From positions 1 through 35,582 of the forward strand of contig CAJVPI010000319.1 of assembly GCA_910592345.1 (NCBI GenBank): a stretch of 35,582 nucleotides of DNA, in the 5' to 3' direction. Under the pieces are notes generated by a model, which saw only the letters and a list, made by a program, of their open reading frames with translations, ran no database searches and had not been told where the DNA came from. Made by a program: the position numbers and the translations under genes. Below, one piece after another: positions 30,461-35,582 of this stretch (positions are counted from its first letter, which is position 1; each line of letters begins with the position of its first letter). The DNA comes from Paraglomus brasilianum. Taxonomy: Eukaryota.

Positions 30461-32049
30461 TTGAAATAAGGGATCTTTGAATATGTAGTATTATTGTAAT
30501 TAACTATTTATGTATATAAACACTAGTAATCGTGTGTAATGAAATAATATTCACAGACAGCAGGTATCAATCTAAAAAGGTCTACTCTTCAGATGATATA
30601 ATAAAGATAGTGAGTTTGATTCAAAGAAAGAGTGTTTTGGTCTCGCCCTTAAAGCTATTATCTTTTAGGCATTCTACTAAATGCCTAAGATTCGCATATA
30701 CTTGACATTTAGCCACACGTACGCATCTGGTTTTCAAAGAAATAACATCGAGATCAGCGGTGGATTATGCGACAAGAATGCAATTCTAGTCTTTGATCTG
30801 TTGCTTGTAAACATTTCCGTATTTCCTCGACCGTTCTTTGAATAAAGTATATTTAATTGAATAAATTACATATGTTTTACTATTTGATATTTCAGTTAAT
30901 GACTTTTCTACAAATGCAACGGACGCTTCGTTTCTCTTACGATTTAGTTAGAGTTTAGCCATCGGTTTCAAGCACAAATGGATTTAATTATAACAAGTCA
31001 ATTTATTCGTATAATAAATAGAATAGTTATTCATGCTTACATATATGACACGTTACAATTACATTAATGTCTAAGATTTTAAACTTCGTTTTCTTTTTAC
31101 TCCCTTTTCGCATTAAATAAATACCAACTACAGTATTAAATTAGACATTATAAAGACAAATAGACAATAGATAGATGTAATCAATACAAGCTATTGCCCC
31201 CAAACCAGCGTGCCAAGCAGCAAACTCGCCATACATCTCTGACCAGCTTCTGGGACAGATTCTTCACGAATGGCTAAGTAATCACCAAATCGGCCCCTCA
31301 AACTCCTCCACGTCCCCATTGGATCTGATCTCCGACAAGTGAAGAGAAAAAGGGGAAAGAAAGGAAGGAAAGAAAATAGAGTTAGTGTAGTGTATATCGT
31401 GAAGCAAAGCGATACTTACCCCACACTTACCAAACCTTCTTACCGTAACCTAAAGCTGTGTCATAAAAAAAAGAAAAGAAAAGAGTGTTCCGGGCATCTC
31501 CCATCAGACCCTTCACCGCAGGCGAGCACTGGGAACAATGGAAGTAGGAGGGGCGTCATTGGTAACTACCGCCACCGAAGGAGAGCAGCCACCTAGTATA
31601 CTACTTTGAAAAGTAATAGTTTTCTGTTAGTTATTGATTAGTTAACTACACATTTGTCTATTTAGTTTTGAGTATAAGCAACCAAACGACAGTAAGGTCA
31701 CACGACAGATGGTAGTTCCTTCTTTGTTAATAATGGTGTCGTATAATACGAAACTGTAAAAGTTTCATTATTTTGCCGAGTATAGAGCGCGATTATGTAT
31801 CGGAAAACTTTTCGAAATTGAGGAAGTGACTCGTATGTAACTTCTAAATAGTATAATAGATATTATAATAATTTGTTGGATTACTTCATGACGCAAATAT
31901 TCATTTCACTGAAGACGAGAAAATAACCGCTTGTTGAAAGGACGCCAAATAGCATTAACAAACGTACATATTAATGACAATTGTCCCGAACTTCTTTATC
32001 GCGTTATTATTCTGCTTGTGTACGGCGCGTTAAGTGAAAGGTCGGGTAG

Positions 32050-33050
32050 GGATAGGTTATGTGGCCGATAAACTGTGCTTTATTGAGTGATAAGGATTCG
32101 TTGACTTGTTCGTAAGTTACGTATCGCGCGTTAGGTAGAGTGCGGAACGTTCGCGCTCTTGTAGGTTATACCGTGTTGTATTGAATGTTAAAAGTTTGTT
32201 GTTTTAAGAACTTATTCGTGGTTGCACCGCACGTTGGGTGAACTCTTTCGTCGGTAATGTGGTCGATAAACCGTGTTTATTGAGTGTTAAAATTTGTCTT
32301 GCTCGTAATTGTGTAGGCGGGAATAGCCTTTGTGTCTCAAAAACGTTGTTATCTATCTTCCTCCTCAACAGTTACTTCGATATTATGGCGTTAGGGTTAA
32401 TGATAGCATAATGTGGTGCGGAAAATTTGGTTTCGTGTCCGACAGTGAGTTTACCGAAGAAATGCGTTGTTGCGGAATGCTCGTTCTTGTGCGAACTCTT
32501 TTGTCGGTCATGTCGTTGGTTATGTAGTCGATAAACCGTGTTTTACAAGTGTTAAGGATTCGTTAGTTTGCTTGCGAGTTGCGTATCGCGCGCTAGGTGG
32601 AGTGGCGGAACGTTTGCCATTGTGTGAACACTTTTGTAAATTTTGGTCGATAATCGCTATCTGTTGAATGTTGAGGATTTATTAACTTGCTCGTGAGTTG
32701 CGTATTACGCGTTAGGTGGAGGGGCGTGATGTTCGCTCTTGTGCGAACTCTTTCGTAAGGATAGGTTACGTGACCGATGGACCGTGTTTTATTGAGTGTT
32801 AAGGATTCGTTGACTTTCTTGTGAGTTGCGTATCGCGCGTTAGGTAAGTGGCAAAATGTTTGCCCGTGCGCAAACTTTTTTGTAGGTTGTGATGAGTATT
32901 AAGAGTTCGTCGTTTTAAGAACTTGTTCGTGGTCGCGTTTGGTGGAGAAGCGGCATTTTCGCTTTTGTGTAAACTTTTTCGTCGGTTATGTGGTCGATAA
33001 ACCGCGTTAAAAATTCGTTAAAGACCTGCTTGGGAGTTGTCGTATGTGCG
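32050..33050. repeat. Degenerate ~120-bp tandem repeat array, about 8 full or partial units, G/T-skewed
   Basis: Anchor GGTTATGTGGTCGATAAACCGTG and variants at about 32055, 32164, 32253, 32518, 32640, 32764, 32885 and 32984; GTTAAGGATTCGTT and GTTGCGTATCGCGCG(T/C)TAGGT recur. Confidence 0.85.
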
Positions 33051-34203
33051 TATTATGAGGTTGGTTGCGTTGTATGTTTTATTTTTAAGTAACATTGTGT
33101 TTGCGCTTGGGGGAGAAAAGATGTTAAATTCAAATACTTGAAAAAAATAAATGGTCTATTTGACGATCGACAATTGTAGTGTCAAAAACACTGGCTAATT
33201 ATTCAGGACCGCCGTCCAAACTCACCTGCGGTTTGGGGCACCGGCACCCTTTACCGATGGGTCCGGCGAGAAAGGTGCGGCAATTATATTCCCACCTATA
33301 TTTTTTTCTTGTTAAATCCCAAGCATGCATTTTTTTATACATATTTTCTTTTGATGAAGCGATACATGATGAGCAATGGGAAGATACGTCTGAGTATATA
33401 TATGTGAGTAGGCGCATGCTTGCGTCTTAATATCTATGCAATAGGGAGTGCGACACAGACTACTCTTAACCAATAACGGATATCGATACACTGTCGCAAC
33501 ACATCATTATGTCAGTGGCAACGATGTTAGTTGAGCAAGAAATCAATTTACTAAATTGGAAGTAGTTTTTTAGAAGATTTTTTGCGGAAAAATTGAAGGT
33601 GCGAATTGAAACCGCTCGCTCCGAATTAATAATCGAGTATTTATCTGCTGTTTTTACCGTGATCTGCAACCCCTTGAGTAATCCGGCTGTAATAATATCG
33701 TTCGAATTATTTTAAGAAAGTTGTCCAGAAATACATGTTTATTATTGATATTTACCAAAAAATTAACCTAAATAACCGTAATAGTAATAACAATCCGAAT
33801 TATTATGGGGAAAAGCGGTAGGTTACGGAATAACGCGGTAAAAGCGGCGGATAAATACTCGATTATCGAAAAATATTGATTTAAAGCCGAATTTAGGTAC
33901 AAAGTAAGGTATATTGTGTGACAACACACCAAGTTCGATCGATGCATGTAGTGCGAAAAGGTAAAAGGGGAGAATAATGACTTATTGCTTTACATTAATG
34001 CTATTCCTTCTATATTTTTCTTGCATACATCTGCTTATTATATCTGATCAGAATGTAAAATAATAGAACTGAAGCTATAATGAAAAAAAAACAACAACAT
34101 TCAGTTTTACTGACAATCTTGATAGTTGTTTTAATAAATTCTATTAGTGATGTTTGATGTTTCAATCTTTCTATTGATTCATTTAAACACTGATTATACA
34201 AAA

Positions 34204-34205
<2 letters not shown>

Positions 34206-34234
<29 letters not shown>
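34206..34234 (+). repeat. Poly(A) tract, about 29 nt
   Basis: Directly visible homopolymer. Confidence 0.95.
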
Positions 34235-34237
<3 letters not shown>

Positions 34238-34301
34238 CAGCTTTAGAGGTCCACCTTAGTTGCGTCTAATAAAGGACACAAAACTAAACACTGATTATAT
34301 A

Positions 34302-34721
34302 CACAGTCAGTCTCGATAAGTCAGCCAAAACGGGTTTGACCTCTAATGGCCGACTTATCGAGAATCACGTGAATAAGCCTTTTAATTAAGCCATTTATTA
34401 ATAATAATAATAATAATTACATCGTAATACAGTAATAGTAAAATAACCCTGCAGACTAGCTTGTCTTAGAAAATCAACTTGCTTTTTTCTTATCTGACGT
34501 TGTAATTTTGTATTCTAATAATACAGAACTATTTAAGCTTAAACTATTCTATTCGATTGCTGTTTAAATGACATATTGTCGTATGATTGTATTGTGACCA
34601 CCAGTCAAAATTGAAGAAAGTTGTGTTACGTTTTATATTTGTCACGTGAAACCGACTTATCAAGATGTGTTCAACTAAGACTCGTCTGGAGCTGTTGGCC
34701 GACTTATCGAGACTGACTGTG
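34302..34721. mobile_element. MITE (420 bp) of the pogo-like family seen at 21807-22595
   Basis: ATATACACAGTCAGTCTCGATAAGTCAGCCAA (34297-34328) versus TTGGCCGACTTATCGAGACTGACTGTGTATAT (34695-34726), 31/32 inverted match including the flanking TA; internal CCGACTTATC sub-repeats; no ORF. Confidence 0.92.
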
Positions 34722-35179
34722 TATATTGTATTGTTTTTTCTAAAAACTCCTTCTTTCCCTTTTTATACACCTATAAAAGTGCATAACAAAAAATTGACCT
34801 CTACACACAAGACCTTAAAAACGCGTAGCTTCACAAATAAGTAAACAAATCATGTCCAATTTTAATAAGCAGTTATGCTGACATTTTTGTTATAAAAACA
34901 CATCTTAAACCCTTTGTTATCGTAATTATATTGTTGAAGAAGAAAAAAGAAAGTCTCCAAACACACATAATACACAACAGTTAACAATCGTTTACTTTTG
35001 GAACCAAGAAATGCATTCTCAAAAAAACAGCTGGCCTCCCATCAACCATTAAGTATTGGGATTTTCTGCATAAAAGGGTAATGGCCATCTATACCTAGCC
35101 TCATACTGTCAATAAATCATCACTGTCAGATCATAATTAATAAAAGAATTAATTACAGTTATACCTCTTTTAAATCCCC

Positions 35180-35582
35180 ACCCCAATCTCAGATATATCC
35201 CACCTGTGAAGCGGGACGAATTTCCTCTATTGTATTTCAATATAAATTACCTCACTTGTATCCCCTTCAGATATAACCCTATCCCCAATATTTTGCCGTC
35301 CCAAATTACCATATCATATGGTAATCTATTAATGGGCGTTCTCATCAGTTACCTCCCCTACCAGATATGGTAACGCTTCGAGTTACTAACTTTGGTGGGG
35401 AAGATAGCTACTTCCCTACTGCATTTGGGAAGTATCATTATTGGCAAGCCTATTTATATTATGATATAGGGTGCTCTAATCAGTACCAGATTGGTAGGGG
35501 AGATCGCTTAGCACTCGGGGAGGTAAATTACCTCCCCTCTACCTCCCCCAAACTATTGCCAGATTTGGCAAACTACCTACTA
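35180..35582. repeat. Cluster of short palindromes and reiterated motifs, probably a subterminal region of a foldback/TIR element cut by the window edge
   Basis: ATTACCATAT-C-ATATGGTAAT (35305-35325), TACCAGATATGGTA (35359-35372), TACCAGATTGGTA (35484-35496), GGGGAGGTAA-A-TTACCTCCCC (35517-35537), TTGCCAGATTTGGCAA (35556-35571). Confidence 0.65.

Noticed and set aside
31412..31421. U1 snRNA start (ATACTTACC)
   Set aside because: Downstream sequence lacks U1 stem-loops and an Sm site; it is better read as a minus-strand splice-donor-like sequence.
32050..33050. CRISPR array
   Set aside because: Whole units are homologous with no unique spacers, repeats are degenerate, the context is eukaryotic and there are no cas genes.
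33690..33900. CGG/CCG-rich AT tract as a further transposon end
   Set aside because: No matching inverted terminus or target-site duplication could be identified.

Overview
AT-rich, intron-dense eukaryotic DNA, almost certainly fungal; short introns, gene content and transposon debris suggest an early-diverging lineage such as Mucoromycota/Glomeromycotina (inference). Eight protein-coding genes can be modelled by hand: an intronless secreted NlpC/P60 hydrolase with a C-terminal 6-Cys module (854-1501, -), ERV2-type sulfhydryl oxidase (-), a CLC Cl-/H+ exchanger (+), CTP synthase (+), AFG2/SPATA5-type AAA ATPase (+), biotin synthase (-), glutathione synthetase (+) and a DUF2985-like membrane protein (+). 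Intergenic DNA holds four TIR-bounded pogo/Tigger-type elements, a Tc1 remnant, two copies of a decayed Sola1/DUF7869-like transposase bracketing GSH2, a ~120-bp degenerate tandem array followed by a GC-rich pseudoknot-capable island, and a palindrome cluster at the right edge. The best candidate for a novel system is the bacterial-type secreted NlpC/P60 plus defensin-like module, a possible antibacterial or endosymbiont-control effector. Exon boundaries and family calls come from manual motif reading, not database searches.
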